Assembly (NCBI GenBank): GCA_947626095.1
Contig: CANQQV010000008.1
Span: forward strand, 11,906 to 75,905
DNA from: an uncultured Bacilli bacterium
GTDB taxonomy: Bacteria; Bacillota_I; Bacilli_A; RF39; UBA660
Length of the DNA stretch: 64,000 bases
Direction: 5' to 3'
Shown: one piece after another, positions 61,413 to 64,000 of the stretch
Numbering within the stretch: position 1 is the first letter of the stretch
Layout: the number at the start of each line of letters is the position of its first letter
Notes under the pieces: generated by a model
What the model was told of the DNA's origin: nothing
Seen by the model: the letters and a program-made list of their open reading frames with translations, nothing else
Database searches by the model: none
Position numbers and translations under genes: made by a program

Positions 61413-63209
61413 TTACTTTTCAGACTTTAAAACAGCTAAGAAGGCTTCTTGTGGTACTTCAACACGACCAACCATTTTCATACGCTTTTTACCTTCTTTT
61501 TGCTTTTCTAGTAATTTCTTTTTACGAGAGATATCACCACCATAGCATTTGGCTAAAACATTCTTTCTCATAGCACTAATATTTTCACGAGCAATTATTT
61601 TACTACCAACGCTAGCTTGAAGTGGGACTTGGAATAATTGACGAGGAATTATTTCTCTTAAACTTTCAACTACTTTTTTACCACGACCATAAGCTTGATC
61701 TTTATGAACGATAACACTTAGAGCATCGACTATTTCTCCATTAATAAGAATATCCATTTTAACTAAATCAGATGGTTTATAACCACATAGTTCGTAATCA
61801 AATGAGGCATAACCTTTAGTCATACTTTTAAGTTTATCAAAGAAATCATAAACTATTTCAGCTAAAGGAATTTCATAATGGATATTAACTCTAGTTGGAT
61901 CAATATAATCCATACTTTTATAAATACCACGTTTATCTTGGCATAATTCCATAATTGGACCAATATATTCACTTGGAACAAAGATATTAGTTTTAATATA
62001 TGGTTCTCTTATTTCTTTTATTAAACCACGTTCAGGCATTTTAGTTGGACTATCGATTAAAATTGTTTCATTGTTAGTTAAATCAACTTCGTAGATAACA
62101 GATGGACTAGTAGCGATAACATCTAAGTCAAATTCTCTTTCTAATCTAGTCATAATGATATCCATATGAAGTAAACCTAAAAAACCAGTACGGAAACCAA
62201 AACCTAGAGCTTCACTAGTTTCTGGTTCGAATGATAAAGATGCATCGTTAAGTTGAAGTTTTTCTAAAGCTTCACGTAGCTGAGGAAATTTATTTGGCTC
62301 AACGGGGAAGATACCACTATAAACCATTGGTTTCATTGGTTGGTAACCTGGTAATGGTTCAGTAGCTTCGTTATTTAAAACAGTTAAAGTATCACCAACT
62401 CGTACACTTCGAATATCTTTAATAGAACCACTTATCCACCCTACTTCACCGGATACTAGTTCTTTTTTTATTTCTTCTTTAGGATGATTAACTCCTAATT
62501 CGACGACTTCATAACTATCTTTAGTCGCTAGCATTTTCATAGTATCTTTATTAGTTATCTTACCATCAAAGACTCTAACTAAAGCAATTACGCCACGATA
62601 TGGATCAAAATGACTATCAAAGATTAAGGCTCTAGTTGGGGCATTATTATTTATTTTAGGAGCTGGAATACGATCAATAATAGCTTTGATTAAGTCTTCT
62701 ACTCCTTCACCAGTTTTACCACTACATAGTAAGACTTCATCTTCATTAAAACCTAAAACTTCTTTTAGTTCTTTTAAGACTTTAGGAATATCAGCGTTAG
62801 GTAAATCAATTTTATTGATAACAGGAATTATGACTAAGTCGTCATTCATTGCTAAGTAAAGATTAGCTAGAGTTTGAGCTTCAATACCTTGCGCAGCATC
62901 GACTACTAAGATAGCTCCTTCACAAGCAGCTAGACTTCTAGATACTTCATAACTAAAATCGACATGACCAGGGGTATCAATTAAATGAAGAGTATATTCT
63001 TCATTATTATACTTATATTTAAGTTGAACAGCATTTAACTTGATAGTAATACCTCTTTCTCTTTCTAAGTCCATACTATCAAGGATTTGATCTTTCATCT
63101 CATGTTTATCAACGCCACCAGTTATCTCTAAGATACGATCAGCTAAAGTACTTTTACCATGATCAATATGAGCAATAATGGAAAAATTACGAATATTTTC
63201 TTGACCCAT
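61413..63209 (-). CDS. lepA: Elongation factor 4
   Basis: [53 protein letters not shown]. Confidence 0.99.
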   Translation of the reverse strand: MGQENIRNFSIIAHIDHGKSTLADRILEITGGVDKHEMKDQILDSMDLERERGITIKLNAVQLKYKYNNEEYTLHLIDTPGHVDFSYEVSRSLAACEGAILVVDAAQGIEAQTLANLYLAMNDDLVIIPVINKIDLPNADIPKVLKELKEVLGFNEDEVLLCSGKTGEGVEDLIKAIIDRIPAPKINNNAPTRALIFDSHFDPYRGVIALVRVFDGKITNKDTMKMLATKDSYEVVELGVNHPKEEIKKELVSGEVGWISGSIKDIRSVRVGDTLTVLNNEATEPLPGYQPMKPMVYSGIFPVEPNKFPQLREALEKLQLNDASLSFEPETSEALGFGFRTGFLGLLHMDIIMTRLEREFDLDVIATSPSVIYEVDLTNNETILIDSPTKMPERGLIKEIREPYIKTNIFVPSEYIGPIMELCQDKRGIYKSMDYIDPTRVNIHYEIPLAEIVYDFFDKLKSMTKGYASFDYELCGYKPSDLVKMDILINGEIVDALSVIVHKDQAYGRGKKVVESLREIIPRQLFQVPLQASVGSKIIARENISAMRKNVLAKCYGGDISRKKKLLEKQKEGKKRMKMVGRVEVPQEAFLAVLKSEK

Positions 63210-63272
63210 AAATATCACCTAAGTAGGATTATATCAAAATTTAAGCATAAAAAAAAGATTATATAATCTTTT

Positions 63273-64000
63273 CTATGTTTGGCAAAGATAATGACCTGTT
63301 TCAAAAGTATATTTGAAAGAATCATAGGTCTTAGTTTCTTTGACATAACCTTTATAGTAAGTTTGATAATCTAAATTCTTTAAATTAATGTAAGCTTCAG
63401 TTGGTGAAGTAAAAACTGATTCATATTTATCAATACCAAAATAACCAGCATATTTACTAAAGTGTTGCTCATAGATGCTTTGTAATGTTTCTAAATCACT
63501 AACAGATGATTTAAGGCTATAAATAGCAATGGAAACATCTGCTTGATAAAATAATTTGGTTTCTGCATCAAAACGAGCAGTAATTTGTTCAACAACACTA
63601 GCAGGATAATAGGTAACATCATCTTTAGTAAGATTTTTTTTGGCGGATGATGAACAACTAATAGTAATTATTTTTTCTGGTGGGGTTATAGTTTCGGGAG
63701 TCATTGGATTTTCAACTCCGGGATTTTTTGGCTTTTCCTCTCCTCCATTTGAAGAATTGTTATTAATTCCATTATCTGAGTTATTGTTAGAGTTATTGTT
63801 GGAGTTGTTGTTAGAATTGTTATTAGAGTTATTGTTGGAATTGTTATTTGTGTTGTTATCTGGTTTAGTTGTTGAACCACCATTACTTGAATTATTATTT
63901 GTATTTGGTTTGTTGTTGTTAGAATTATTGTTATTATTGTTATTATTGTTATTATTGTTATTATTGTTATTATTGTTATTATTGTTATTATTGTTATTAT
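63273..64000 (-). CDS. 3' part of a protein with a long Asn-rich linker (start beyond window)
   Basis: Frame of the 63273-63704 ORF stays open upstream (NNNSNNN...NGGEEKPKNPGVENPMTPE) to the window edge. Confidence 0.8.
   Translation of the reverse strand, partial: NNNNNNNNNNNNNNNNNNNNNNNNNSNNNKPNTNNNSSNGGSTTKPDNNTNNNSNNNSNNNSNNNSNNNSNNNSDNGINNNSSNGGEEKPKNPGVENPMTPETITPPEKIITISCSSSAKKNLTKDDVTYYPASVVEQITARFDAETKLFYQADVSIAIYSLKSSVSDLETLQSIYEQHFSKYAGYFGIDKYESVFTSPTEAYINLKNLDYQTYYKGYVKETKTYDSFKYTFETGHYLCQT
63921..64000 (-). repeat. 9-bp tandem repeat (AATAACAAT)n encoding poly-Asn
   Basis: ttattattg repeated about 8 times up to the window edge. Confidence 0.9.

Noticed and set aside
63701-63883. 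60-aa Thr/Ile-rich ORF suggesting a frameshift
   Set aside because: Alternative frame of the Asn repeat; the real frame is continuous with 63273-63704

Overview
A very AT-rich, gene-dense chromosomal segment, mostly on the minus strand, from a streamlined low-GC Bacilli-type bacterium. It uses genetic code 11, and the gene content and orphan families suggest an RF39-like uncultured gut lineage (inference). The backbone follows Bacillus gene order: lepA-hemW-hrcA-grpE-dnaK-dnaJ-mtaB, recD2-yrzQ-like-yrrI-alaS, dnaG-sigA-trmK-yqfQ, comC/valS and xseA-xseB-spoIVB. Many orphan, surface and metal-homeostasis genes are interleaved. No rRNA, tRNA, CRISPR array or prophage was seen. The main highlight is an unannotated ~320-nt intergenic transcript (55143->54822, minus strand) with its own sigma-A promoter and terminator. 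It folds by eye into a multi-branched RNA with two pseudoknot/kissing-loop pairings and a palindromic linker, and I do not recognise it as a known RNA class. Other highlights: a eukaryote-type Tam41 CDP-DAG synthase; a PilB/ComGA ATPase with degenerate catalytic motifs and a long acidic tail; two T-box leaders that each control a nucleotide-acting enzyme placed ahead of the synthetase; an orphan gene and pepF translationally coupled into the dnaK operon; a decapitated surface-protein gene next to an Rpn nuclease; and sigma-H/E/G-like promoters with sporulation genes.
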